Below are positions 19,454 through 28,722 of a stretch of DNA of 34,637 nucleotides, one piece after another; the stretch's first letter is position 1; the number at the start of each line of letters is the position of its first letter. The stretch lies in NCBI GenBank assembly GCA_036339675.1, contig JAYZAN010000084.1, forward strand, positions 1-34,637, written 5' to 3'. A program made the translations under genes and the position numbers. The notes under the pieces are model-generated. The model worked only from the letters and a program-made list of their open reading frames with translations, made no database searches and was not told the DNA's origin. Source of the DNA: Nitrospinota bacterium. GTDB lineage: Bacteria > Nitrospinota > Nitrospinia > Nitrospinales > VA-1.

Positions 19454-19972
19454 TCAGGCTTTTTTACCTTCCATTTCCTGTATCACCTCATCGATAGACT
19501 GTTCGACGAGCTCCTTTTTATCCGCATCGTCGAGGGTTTTCTTTAAAAATTTTTCGGTGGAAGCGATCGTCAGGTCCGCCGTATAACGCCGGATCTCGCC
19601 CAGCAGTTTGTTCCGGGCGACCACGATCTCCTGCTCAGCGTCTTTCTGCAACTGCTTGACCTTGTGCTGCGTTTCCTGAACGGTTTTTTCCTGGATTTTT
19701 TTCGCTTCGTCTGAGGCCATCTGGACGATGGTTCCAGCCTTGTCATGGGCGGTCTTCAATTCCTGGTCCAATTGCTCCCGTAAAGACTGGGCCTCCTGCT
19801 TCAGTTTTTCAGCACTCTCGATTTCGCCGCGAATTCTCTTTTCCCGCTCTTCCAATGCTTCCAGAATAGGGGGAAAGGCGTAACGCTTAAGCAGAAAAAA
19901 CAAAAGGCCGAAAGACAGCAGTGACCAGAAAATGAGTGAGCTGAAAACTTCTACCTGCTCGAATTGTGGCAT
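19454..19972 (-). CDS. atpF: F1Fo ATP synthase B subunit.
   Basis: 172 aa. Single N-terminal TM helix followed by a long charged helix (KRYAFPPILEALEEREKRIRGEIESAEKLKQEAQ...). Confidence 0.85.
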   Translation of the reverse strand: MPQFEQVEVFSSLIFWSLLSFGLLFFLLKRYAFPPILEALEEREKRIRGEIESAEKLKQEAQSLREQLDQELKTAHDKAGTIVQMASDEAKKIQEKTVQETQHKVKQLQKDAEQEIVVARNKLLGEIRRYTADLTIASTEKFLKKTLDDADKKELVEQSIDEVIQEMEGKKA

Positions 19973-20058
19973 CGTTGGCTCTTCTTATTGGAAAAAGTTT
20001 TTCTAATTCGACCCGCCTCGCCGGCCTCATCACCGGTGTTCTGCGGACCCGGCTTCAC

Positions 20059-20280
20059 TTAAGGCATGATGATGAACGCGATAACCAGCGCATAGAGCGC
20101 GATCGCCTCAACCAGCGCGAACCCGATCCAGCAATACTTGGCCACGCGGGCCTCTGCATTAGGCTGCCTGCCGACGGTTTCGATCGTCTTTGCGAAAATA
20201 TAGGCGATTCCCAAGGCCGCACCGAAGAACCCGGCCGCGCACAATCCCATTCCAATCAATGCTGCTGATTCTGGTCCCAT
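20059..20280 (-). CDS. atpE: F1Fo ATP synthase C subunit (proteolipid). The supplied 123-aa ORF is over-extended; the true start is the internal ATG.
   Basis: The 74-aa product MGPESAALIGMGLCAAGFFGAALGIAYIFAKTIETVGRQPNAEARVAKYCWIGFALVEAIALYALVIAFIIMP is a two-helix hairpin with the conserved RQP loop and carboxylate helix. A GGAGG Shine-Dalgarno lies 8 nt upstream of the ATG at 20278-20280. Confidence 0.85.
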   Translation of the reverse strand: MGPESAALIGMGLCAAGFFGAALGIAYIFAKTIETVGRQPNAEARVAKYCWIGFALVEAIALYALVIAFIIMP

Positions 20281-20306
20281 TTTGTATCTCCTCTTTTTTC
20301 TAAAAA

Positions 20307-21038
20307 TTAATGTAACTTGATCACGTCGCCTAAATACACACAGGTCAGCGTCGTAAAAATATAAGCCTGAATAAATGCAATCGCGATTTCCAGTCCGTTG
20401 ATGACAATTGTGAACCCGAAGGGAAGCCATCCGATCCAGATGGAACCGCTCATGGCCAGGCCGAACAGCACGGCCAGAACCGTATGACCGGCGGTCATAT
20501 TGGCGAACAGCCGGACAGATAATGAGATCGGGCGGGCAAGCATACTGATGATTTCAATGGGAATCATCAGCGGTACCATGATCTTCGGAACTCCCGGCGG
20601 AACCAGGATGCCAAAAAAATGCATCCCATGCTTGGCAAACCCTATGAACAGGGTCAATACAAAAATTCCCAGTGCAAAAGCACCGGTCACCACCAGTTGG
20701 CTGGTGATCGTATAGGAACCGGGAATCAACCCGATCAGGTTGCAGGAAAGGATAAAGATGAATATGGATGCGATAAAGGAGAAATATTTTTTTCCTTCTT
20801 CCTTGCCGATGAATTCGTTCACCATCCCCTGAATGAACTCCAGCATGATTTCCACAACACTTTGCAGTTTTCCCGGAACGGACGTGACTCCTTTTCGCAC
20901 CACCACCATGAATAAACCGAAAAACAACGCCATACCGATCCACATGGCGATCACCGCCTTGTTTATGGAAATGTCGAACCCCATGAGGCTCATGCGAATG
21001 AGGGGGTGCAGTTCAAAGTGATGTAACGGGCTGTCCAT
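20307..21038 (-). CDS. atpB: F1Fo ATP synthase A subunit.
   Basis: 243 aa, polytopic. Conserved segment ISLSVRLFANMTAGH with the essential Arg (LSVRLFANM). Confidence 0.9.
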   Translation of the reverse strand: MDSPLHHFELHPLIRMSLMGFDISINKAVIAMWIGMALFFGLFMVVVRKGVTSVPGKLQSVVEIMLEFIQGMVNEFIGKEEGKKYFSFIASIFIFILSCNLIGLIPGSYTITSQLVVTGAFALGIFVLTLFIGFAKHGMHFFGILVPPGVPKIMVPLMIPIEIISMLARPISLSVRLFANMTAGHTVLAVLFGLAMSGSIWIGWLPFGFTIVINGLEIAIAFIQAYIFTTLTCVYLGDVIKLH

Positions 21039-21043
21039 TCTGA

Positions 21044-21301
21044 TTATTCTCTTTTATTGTTTTCCTCGTTGTCGCCGTTATCATTTACTTCAATGGTGAT
21101 TTCCTGGGCGGCCCTGTACACATTTATGCATCCAGCAGCACCGCCTAAGAGGACTCCCACAACCAAGAACCAGGGGCGGGTATCCAAAAACCGGTCCAAA
21201 GCATACCCCATGAGCGCCCCGATCATTGTGGCTATGGTAATTTCTATCCCCAACCGAAATGCGATTCCTAAGCCTTGACGGAAGCCATTGCCCTTACTCA
21301 T
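21044..21301 (-). CDS. atpZ: AtpZ/AtpI-family small membrane protein, first gene of the atp operon.
   Basis: 85 aa with two TM helices (IEITIATMIGALMGYALDRFLDTRPWFLVVGVLLGGAAGCINVY), typical of AtpZ/AtpI proteins. Its start codon is preceded by a C6A8 tract with no Shine-Dalgarno. Confidence 0.65.
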   Translation of the reverse strand: MSKGNGFRQGLGIAFRLGIEITIATMIGALMGYALDRFLDTRPWFLVVGVLLGGAAGCINVYRAAQEITIEVNDNGDNEENNKRE

Positions 21302-21524
21302 TCAATTTTTTTTGGGGGGAAATAGGGACCTGTTGAAAAAAACGCTCACATCATACACAATCAACAACTTGTTGTCCAAATTAGTTTTTATACCATCATT
21401 GTTTTCTAAGGGGATTCAGTCCGGAAAGACGTTTCCCGCCTCGCCGGCTAGGAACCGGCCTTAAACTGAGTCGGGATAGTCGAGATCAAATCTAACCGTT
21501 TGAAAAGGTGGACCACACAGAAGC

Positions 21525-21851
21525 TCAATAGGGCAATGCCCCGTGTTCTTCTTCGTATTCCTCAAGCGGGACCATATCGATGGCATCCCACGGGCAACCC
21601 TCCAGAAAAGTGTCCATCGGCCCTTTGGTTATACACTTCTTACATCCGATACACAGCAGGGGATCGACCTCAACTCGGTTGAATATAGGAGCGTCCGGGT
21701 TGGGGACTTCATACATGCAATTGTCCACGGGACATTCTGTAATACAGATGGGGGATCCGCTGCAACCCGTACAGGCATCATTTATGATGGCCAATATTTT
21801 TGGCTTTCGTTTTCGTTGCCCGGTCTTTTTAGGTTTTTCTGCGACAGCCAT
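21525..21851 (-). CDS. 4Fe-4S dicluster ferredoxin-like protein with non-canonical cysteine spacing and a basic N-terminal tail.
   Basis: 108 aa. Cluster 1: CTGCSGSPICITECP (C-x2-C-x5-C-x3-CP). Cluster 2: CIGCKKCITKGPMDTFLEGCP (C-x2-C-x2-C-x12-CP). N-terminus KPKKTGQRKRKPK. Confidence 0.7.
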   Translation of the reverse strand: MAVAEKPKKTGQRKRKPKILAIINDACTGCSGSPICITECPVDNCMYEVPNPDAPIFNRVEVDPLLCIGCKKCITKGPMDTFLEGCPWDAIDMVPLEEYEEEHGALPY

Positions 21852-22279
21852 AAAATGAATTTTCAGAAAAAATTAAAACTGGCGATACATTGTAACAAAA
21901 CGAGCTGGCATTATTACCAGAAACTTCCATGGTTTTCAATATTTCTCTGGGCTAACTGGTAGGGATCAGGCATTCCATCCTCATAAAACCGTGTTCCGAA
22001 CCATCCAGCCCTGCGGATTTAATCACATAAATTACAAAATAACAATCAGTTAAACGTTTATATTTTCGGGGAATCCGAGGAACCCTCTGGGGATTTTGAT
22101 TTACAGCCCTCTTTCTGTATATTATGATGGCAAAAGAGGATAGAAAGACGCCACCGCATAAAATTCGCGGTTTTCGAATAGGATGTTGTTAGAGAAATAT
22201 TTTAGATTTGCCAAACCTTAAATAGAATCCACCGTCTTATTTTCTGTATTCAACGAATTGACGGTTAGATATAACGACC

Positions 22280-23299
22280 ATGCCCTTCGCCCGTGTCCTG
22301 GGCCAGGATAAGCCCAAGCAGATTATTGCCAAGGCCCTTAAACATAATAGTGTTCCCCACACCTACCTGTTTTTCGGCCCGGAAAGCATAGGGAAAAAGC
22401 TTGCCGCCATAGAACTCGCGAAAGCTCTTAACTGCCGGGAGCTGGAATCGGGGGACAATTGCGGCCATTGCGCCTCCTGCAGAAAAATTGAACAGCGAAC
22501 CCATCCCGATTTCATTTTACTAGGACCGCAAAAAAGCACCCCTTTGGCCCGCCAGGCCGTTATCAAGATTGAAGCTGTTCGCAACCTGCAAAAAAAACTC
22601 TCGTTCCTTCCCTATGAAGGGAAAACCAAAGTGGCAGTGATCGATGGGGCGGAAAGCATGACCCCCGAGGCCGCAAGCTCTTTTTTAAAAACACTGGAAG
22701 AACCGCCTTCCTCTACGGTATTGATATTGATAACATCCAATCCTTTCCTGCTACTTCCGACCATTGTTTCACGATGCCAGGGAGTCAAGTTTCATCCCCT
22801 GTCTACAGGACAGGTAAAAGAAATCATTTGCGGGATTATAGAAATAGAAGGTATCGAGATTCCCCCTGAAGAACTCGAACCGAGGGCTGTTCGGTCCATG
22901 GGGGGCATTAACCGCGCCCTGGAGGAGGACGTTCTTGAAACTGGAAAATTACGGGAAGAACTGGTGAATTTAATCGACAAGGCTTCTTTCGACCAGATGG
23001 ACGTGGTCTTTCAATGGTCGAAAACCTATGCCCGTCAAACAGAACGCCTTCCGGCCCTGCTGGACGAACTGATGAACTTGATCCGGGACCTGGCGGTCCT
23101 GAAATCGGAATCCGACCCGGAATACCTGTACAACCGAGACCTGTTGAAAAAGTTAAAACCTCTTTCGGAAAAGAAATCCTTTCCGGCCCTATTAAAAATA
23201 TTCGATTCGGTGCAAGGGACGAGGTTGGCATTGAGCGCCAACGCGAACGTGCAGCTTTCTCTTGAAACCATGCTCATCCGGTTTTGCGAAGCCGCCTGA
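22280..23299 (+). CDS. holB: DNA polymerase III delta-prime subunit.
   Basis: 339 aa. Degenerate Walker A GPESIGKKLAAIELAKAL, a zinc module CRELESGDNCGHCASC and the SRC motif (TIVSRCQ). Confidence 0.85.
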   Translation: MPFARVLGQDKPKQIIAKALKHNSVPHTYLFFGPESIGKKLAAIELAKALNCRELESGDNCGHCASCRKIEQRTHPDFILLGPQKSTPLARQAVIKIEAVRNLQKKLSFLPYEGKTKVAVIDGAESMTPEAASSFLKTLEEPPSSTVLILITSNPFLLLPTIVSRCQGVKFHPLSTGQVKEIICGIIEIEGIEIPPEELEPRAVRSMGGINRALEEDVLETGKLREELVNLIDKASFDQMDVVFQWSKTYARQTERLPALLDELMNLIRDLAVLKSESDPEYLYNRDLLKKLKPLSEKKSFPALLKIFDSVQGTRLALSANANVQLSLETMLIRFCEAA

Positions 23300-23314
23300 A
23301 AAAGGTAAGTATTC

Positions 23315-24211
23315 ATGGACCAGGCTACAGAACAACTAGAAGCGGAGAAAGCGGCGGCGCCTTCCCCCAACTTCGTCATCGGGATCCGTGTGGAAAATTA
23401 TAATAAATCCATCACGTTCGATCTCATGAATTTAAAACTCCGTGTGGGAATGAGGGTGATGGTGGAATCCCATGAGGGTCCCAAACTGGGAGTGGTCGCT
23501 TCCAACAAGATCATCGACTTTCGACAGGACCGCAAGGAGCCTCTCCGTAAGGTCCTGAGGATCGCTAACGAAAACGACCTGCAGGCCCAGGCCCGGAGAG
23601 AAAGCATGGAGAACAAAGCCAAACTCCTGTGCGTTGAAAAAATTGGCAAGCTCAACCTGCCTATGAACCTCAGCCGTGTGGTCCACCAGCCGGGTGCCAA
23701 CAAGACCATTTTCTATTTCACCGCGGAAGGGAGGGTCGATTTCAGGCAATTGATCAAGGAACTGGTATCCAACCTGCACCACCGGATAGAGATGAAACAG
23801 GTTGGGATTCGAGATGAAGCTGGGGCGATCACGGGTTACGGGATATGCGGAGAGACACTCTGCTGTTCGCGGTTTCTGACAGAATTCAACCCGGTGACCA
23901 TTCGCATGGCCAAGGACCAGGGGTTGGCTCTCAATCCCAATAAAATTTCCGGGGTTTGCGGGCGCCTGATGTGCTGCCTGCAATACGAACATGAAGTGTA
24001 CCGGGAACTGATCGGGGGATTGCCAAAGGTCAATGCAAAAATCGACACACCCGATGGAGCGGGAAAGGTTTTGAAGAACGAAATCCTTGAGCAAAAGATA
24101 CTTGTCCGCCTCGACAGTGAAAGTATAATGACCTACCATCTGGATGAATTGAAGGATTATCTCCAATCCGGGAAATCGGACAAGGTCTCCCCGGACCCAT
24201 CAACTCAGTGA
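23315..24211 (+). CDS. PSP1-domain protein (RicT/YaaT-like).
   Basis: 298 aa with the PSP1 C-terminal domain and its cysteine motifs (GICGETLCCSRFL; GVCGRLMCCLQYE). The conserved position right after holB matches B. subtilis yaaT. Confidence 0.8.
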   Translation: MDQATEQLEAEKAAAPSPNFVIGIRVENYNKSITFDLMNLKLRVGMRVMVESHEGPKLGVVASNKIIDFRQDRKEPLRKVLRIANENDLQAQARRESMENKAKLLCVEKIGKLNLPMNLSRVVHQPGANKTIFYFTAEGRVDFRQLIKELVSNLHHRIEMKQVGIRDEAGAITGYGICGETLCCSRFLTEFNPVTIRMAKDQGLALNPNKISGVCGRLMCCLQYEHEVYRELIGGLPKVNAKIDTPDGAGKVLKNEILEQKILVRLDSESIMTYHLDELKDYLQSGKSDKVSPDPSTQ

Positions 24212-24227
24212 CCAACGCCCCCGATCC

Positions 24228-26180
24228 ATGCCACAGACAGACAAAAAGTTTTTTCTGACAACGCCCATCTATTATGTCAACGACGTCCCGCACATCGGGC
24301 ACGCCTATACGACGATAGCGGGGGATATCTTGGCACGGTACAAACGGCTGGACGGTTATGAGGTTTTTTTTCTAACTGGAACCGACGAGCACGGCCAAAA
24401 GGTTCAACATGCAGCGAAGGAGATGGGCGTGGAACCGCAGACCCATGTCGACAACCTCCATCAACGGTTCAAGGAACTGTGGGTCCGGCTGGAAATCTCC
24501 AACAGCGACTTCATCCGAACCACAGAAGAACGGCATAAACTAGTCGTCCGGGATATCCTGAACCGGCTTCACGAAAAAGGCGAAATCTATAAAGACAGTT
24601 ACGAGGGATGGTACTGCATGCCCGACGAACGGTTCTGGACGGAGAAGGACCTGGTCAACGGCAATTGCCCCGAGTGCGGGCGCAAGGTCGAAAAAATTCA
24701 GGAGCACAATTATTTTTTCAAGATGGGACAGCACGGTGAGTGGCTGGCCCGGTATATCCGTGACCACGAACACTTCATCCAGCCCGCATCCCGGCGCAAC
24801 GAGGTTCTGGGATTTCTGGGAAAACCGCTGGGCGACCTGTGCATCTCCAGGCCGAAGGAACGCCTGCCCTGGGGAATCCCCCTGCCCTTCGATGAAGATT
24901 ATGTCACCTATGTCTGGTTCGACGCTTTGATCAACTATGTTTCCACCTTCGGCACCATTGAACAGATCAAGGAGTGCGGTTTCTGGCCCGCCGACCATCA
25001 CCTGGTCGGGAAAGATATTCTGACAACCCATGCGGTGTACTGGTCCACCATGCTGCGCGCGGTAGGTTTGGAACCGGCAAAAGATATATTCGCTCACGGC
25101 TGGTGGACAGTGAACGGACAGAAAATGTCCAAATCGTTAAGAAACGTCGTCGAACCCAATTTATTGATCGATCAGTTCGGCGCCGACGCCATCCGTTATT
25201 TCCTGATGCGGGAAGTTCCCTTCGGGCTGGACGGGGACTTTTCCCACAAGGCCCTCATCGGAAGGATCAACAGCGACCTGGCCAACAACCTGGGTAATCT
25301 TCTCAACCGCACCCTGAATATGATGAAACGGTATCACGACAAGGTGATACCGGAACCCGCGGACCGGGAAGAAGACAAACCGCTCAAAGAAGAGTTTCAC
25401 AAAGGGATCCCTGAAATTCGGAAGTTGTACGAGGAACTGGCCTACAACAAAATTCTGGAAAAAATCTGGAAACTGGTGGACGCCACAAACCAGTTCATCG
25501 ACAAGAGCGGGCCCTGGAACCTGGTTAAGACCGAAGAGGGGAAAATCCGTCTCACCACCGTCATGTACAACTCGGCCGAATGCCTGCGAACGCTCGCGGT
25601 CCTGATCTACCCGTTCATGCCTTCCACCGCAGGAAAAATAATGGAACAACTCGGTGTCGAAACCCCCGTGGAAAAACAGGGAATGGATTCGATCGGCGCC
25701 TGGGGATGGATCAAGCCCGGAACACAAGTGAACCCCGGAGCACAACTGTTCCCGCGTATCGAAGACAAAGAGATTAAAAAGATCCACGCCGCGGTCGAAT
25801 CGACGGGTAAAACGGAAAAAACTTCAACGGATTCCCAAGGAAACGGCGCCTCTTCCGAGCAGATCAGCATCGACGATTTCATGAAAGTCGATCTGAGGAC
25901 CGGCCAGATCGTCGAAGCGGAAAAGGTCAGGAAATCGAAAAAACTCATCCAGCTGAAGGTGGATATCGGAGGGGAAGTCCGGCAGGTGGTCGCCGGGATC
26001 GCCGAGGGGTATGAGCCGGAAACACTGGTCGGGCGCACGGTGATCCTCGTCGCCAACCTGAAACCCGCCAAACTGATGGGGATCGAATCCCAGGGCATGA
26101 TCCTGGCCGCCAGCGGCGACGATAAGATCATCCTCGCGGGATTCGACCAGGAACCCGGAAAAGGAACCCGAGTGCGATGA
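24228..26180 (+). CDS. metG: Methionyl-tRNA synthetase with a C-terminal EMAP-II-like tRNA-binding domain.
   Basis: 650 aa. HIGH motif (VPHIGHAYTT), KMSKS, a zinc knuckle CPECGRKV, and a C-terminal OB-fold domain (DLRTGQIVEAEKV...IQLKVDIGGE). Confidence 0.95.
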   Translation: MPQTDKKFFLTTPIYYVNDVPHIGHAYTTIAGDILARYKRLDGYEVFFLTGTDEHGQKVQHAAKEMGVEPQTHVDNLHQRFKELWVRLEISNSDFIRTTEERHKLVVRDILNRLHEKGEIYKDSYEGWYCMPDERFWTEKDLVNGNCPECGRKVEKIQEHNYFFKMGQHGEWLARYIRDHEHFIQPASRRNEVLGFLGKPLGDLCISRPKERLPWGIPLPFDEDYVTYVWFDALINYVSTFGTIEQIKECGFWPADHHLVGKDILTTHAVYWSTMLRAVGLEPAKDIFAHGWWTVNGQKMSKSLRNVVEPNLLIDQFGADAIRYFLMREVPFGLDGDFSHKALIGRINSDLANNLGNLLNRTLNMMKRYHDKVIPEPADREEDKPLKEEFHKGIPEIRKLYEELAYNKILEKIWKLVDATNQFIDKSGPWNLVKTEEGKIRLTTVMYNSAECLRTLAVLIYPFMPSTAGKIMEQLGVETPVEKQGMDSIGAWGWIKPGTQVNPGAQLFPRIEDKEIKKIHAAVESTGKTEKTSTDSQGNGASSEQISIDDFMKVDLRTGQIVEAEKVRKSKKLIQLKVDIGGEVRQVVAGIAEGYEPETLVGRTVILVANLKPAKLMGIESQGMILAASGDDKIILAGFDQEPGKGTRVR

Positions 26181-27568
26181 TCATCGATACCCATGCCCAT
26201 CTCGATATGGATGCCTTTGACGAAGACCGTTCCAAGGTCATCGAACGCGCCATGGAGCAGGGGGTTCAATATATCATCAACGTGGGCTGCGATGTGGAAA
26301 GCAGCAACCGGTCCCTGGAGCTTGCCGAGCGATACGACTTCATCTATGCCACCGCCGGGGTGCACCCGCATGATGTGAAATCGGCCAACGGGTCCACATA
26401 CGACACTCTGAGGGAACTTCTTCATCATCCCAAAATGATCGCGGTCGGTGAAACGGGCCTGGATTTTTTTAAAAACTACTCGCCCCAGCAGGACCAGCGG
26501 GATCATTTTCGAAAACAAATCGAACTCGCCAAAGAATGCGATAAACCCCTCATTATTCACAGCCGGGACGCCAAGGAGGATATCATTAGCATTCTCCAGG
26601 ATTACTACCCCGCCGACCCCGATGCGCGGTCGGGAATCTTCCATTGCTTTTCAGGAGATCAAGAACTGGCGGACAAGGCCCTGGAGATGGGGTTTTATAT
26701 TTCCTTTTCCGGTTCCGTCACGTTCAAGAAAGCCCAAGACCTGAGGGAGGTCGCCAAGACCATCCCTGCAGACCGGCTGTTCGTTGAAACCGATTGCCCT
26801 TTTCTGGCACCCGTTCCCAAAAGAGGCAAACGCAACGAACCTTCCTATGTCAACCACACGGCAGAAAAAATCGCCGAAGTGCGGGGTTTATCCATCGAAG
26901 ATGTTCGGCGCACCACCGAACTCAATTTCTTTGAATTGTTCGGGATCGGCACCAACGCGAAAACGGGAACGATCTCTTATAAGATCCGCAACTCTCTGTA
27001 CCTGAACCTGACCAACCGGTGCACGGCCAATTGCGTATTCTGCACGCGCCTGACACGTCCGGTTGTTCAGGGATACGACCTCAAACTGGACCGCGAACCC
27101 ACCGCCGAGGAAATCTGGCAGTCCATTGACGACCCGAATAAATATAAAGAGGTGGTTTTCTGCGGATACGGGGAACCCACTCTCCGTCTCAACGTGATCA
27201 AGGAAGTAGCTAGAAAGATCAAAGATGCCGGAGGCCGTGTGCGGCTCAACACCAACGGACACGGAAACATCATCAACAAGCGCAACATTCTTCCCGAGCT
27301 TCAAGGCCTGATCGATGAGGTTTCCGTCAGCCTCAATGCGGACACCTCGGAAGCTTACGACGAAGTCGTCCAACCCCTTCCGATGTTCCAGAACGGGGTC
27401 TATGACAAAGTTCGTGAGTTTATTTTAGAGTCCAAGAAATACATTCCCGCCGTCCAGGCCACCATCGTCACGCATCAAAAAGAAGTGGACGAGGCGAAAT
27501 GCGAAAACATCGCCAAGGACGAGTTCGAGGTCAACTACCGTCAACGGCGATATAATATCGTTGGTTAA
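26177..27568 (+). CDS. TatD-family metal-dependent hydrolase fused to a C-terminal radical-SAM domain (TatD-associated radical SAM type).
   Basis: N-terminal roughly 255 aa are TatD (IIDTHAHLD...GVHPHD...HSRDA...FHCFSG...ETDCPFL). C-terminal roughly 200 aa contain LTNRCTANCVFCTR (C-x3-C-x2-C), the radical-SAM cluster-binding motif. Start overlaps the metG stop (ATGA). Confidence 0.8.
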   Translation: MIIDTHAHLDMDAFDEDRSKVIERAMEQGVQYIINVGCDVESSNRSLELAERYDFIYATAGVHPHDVKSANGSTYDTLRELLHHPKMIAVGETGLDFFKNYSPQQDQRDHFRKQIELAKECDKPLIIHSRDAKEDIISILQDYYPADPDARSGIFHCFSGDQELADKALEMGFYISFSGSVTFKKAQDLREVAKTIPADRLFVETDCPFLAPVPKRGKRNEPSYVNHTAEKIAEVRGLSIEDVRRTTELNFFELFGIGTNAKTGTISYKIRNSLYLNLTNRCTANCVFCTRLTRPVVQGYDLKLDREPTAEEIWQSIDDPNKYKEVVFCGYGEPTLRLNVIKEVARKIKDAGGRVRLNTNGHGNIINKRNILPELQGLIDEVSVSLNADTSEAYDEVVQPLPMFQNGVYDKVREFILESKKYIPAVQATIVTHQKEVDEAKCENIAKDEFEVNYRQRRYNIVG

Positions 27569-27606
27569 AATAAAAATTCTGGTCTGCAAGTTTCTACAAT
27601 TAATTT

Positions 27607-27990
27607 ATGAACTGGGTTTCTTTAGGAGCGGTTTTCGGGGGATTGAGCGTGATGCTCGGAGCATTCGGCGCGCACGGATTGAAAAACGTTCTTTCCGAAC
27701 AGAAACTCTCCGCCTTTCATACGGCCACGCAGTACATGGGGTACCACGGACTGGCCCTGGTCCTGGTCGGAATTCTATGCATCCAACTGGGTGAAGAGGG
27801 AGCCAGGAGTCTAAAAAAGATTGGAATGCTATTCACGGCGGGAATCGTGATGTTTTCCGGCAGCATCTACGCCCTCACCTTTGACGGACCTCGTTTTTTC
27901 GGTCCCCTCACCCCCCTCGGTGGACTCTGTTTCATGATCGGATGGTTCACCCTCGCCGCTATAGGTTATAAATCTTTCAAAAAAAACTGA
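27607..27990 (+). CDS. DUF423-family small membrane protein.
   Basis: 127 aa, four TM helices, with the GAFGAHGL motif characteristic of DUF423/YgdD. Confidence 0.75.
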   Translation: MNWVSLGAVFGGLSVMLGAFGAHGLKNVLSEQKLSAFHTATQYMGYHGLALVLVGILCIQLGEEGARSLKKIGMLFTAGIVMFSGSIYALTFDGPRFFGPLTPLGGLCFMIGWFTLAAIGYKSFKKN

Positions 27991-28683
27991 TGGGCGTTGA
28001 TTTTACAAATTGCCCCTGCCAAACTTCCGGGCCTGTGGACCACGAGTAGTTTGCAGAGGCATTTCAGAAAATTCGGGATAAATGCCTGCCTTGAACCAAA
28101 TTTCTGCACCTGATGATGTTTGGAAAGATTTTCAAGATCGGGATAAAGAATTCGAAGAAAGCCCCGAAGAAACAGACCATCACAGCTCCATTTTTGTCCT
28201 AGCCCTAGCGGATATCTAGAGAAAATCACATCACCCATCCACAGATATCTTTTACAGGGCAATTCAATACATCCAGAAACAACCAAGCAATGCCTAAAAG
28301 ACCTGCCCGAGAAATAGGTAACAAAAACAACTGAATTGGAACGTCACAAGAAAGGTAGAATTTACATGGGGAAGATTGTAGAACTGGTTCACGCAAAAAA
28401 ACTGGGTACTTAAGGCTATTCCATTTGCGGGAGAGGGTCGGGGTGAGGGAAATTTTCTAATCTTCCTTCAAAGCTTTTGCAATAACCTGAGACACTGCTT
28501 CGGTTTCATTCAAAACCTAACCATTCCAAAACCGAAAAACACGATCCCCTGCGATTCTAGTGGCGGAATTTAAAATCTTTCAACTGGCGGCTCCTAAGAA
28601 CAGACCGCAATTTTCTTTCTGCATACGTTAAGGTTTTTCGGAGTTTTCTCGCCGTAGAATTTTCATTATTCCCCTCATCCTAA

Positions 28684-28706
28684 CCTTCTCCCGCAAGAGG
28701 AGAAGG
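28684..28706 (-). terminator. Weak candidate hairpin (CCTTCTCC-cgcaaga-GGAGAAGG) downstream of the minus-strand gene ending at 28723.
   Basis: 8-bp stem with a 7-nt loop, 17 nt beyond the stop. It has no clear U-tract on the minus strand, hence the low confidence. Confidence 0.2.
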
Positions 28707-28722
28707 AACAGTGAGACAACCT

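Noticed and set aside
20059-20430. 123-aa version of the atpE ORF
   Set aside because: The N-terminal 50 residues (MASLRVHNCHQRTGNRDCIY...) are non-hydrophobic and span the atpB-atpE intergenic region. The conserved c-subunit begins at the internal ATG (20278-20280), which has a GGAGG Shine-Dalgarno.
25161-26644. 208-aa and 345-aa minus-strand ORFs across metG and tatD
   Set aside because: They are antisense to MetRS and TatD frames that carry diagnostic motifs.
27966-28286. 106-aa minus-strand ORF in the large non-coding gap
   Set aside because: No start context or family signal, and it overlaps the DUF423 gene's 3' end. The region is treated as non-coding pending RNA or homology evidence.
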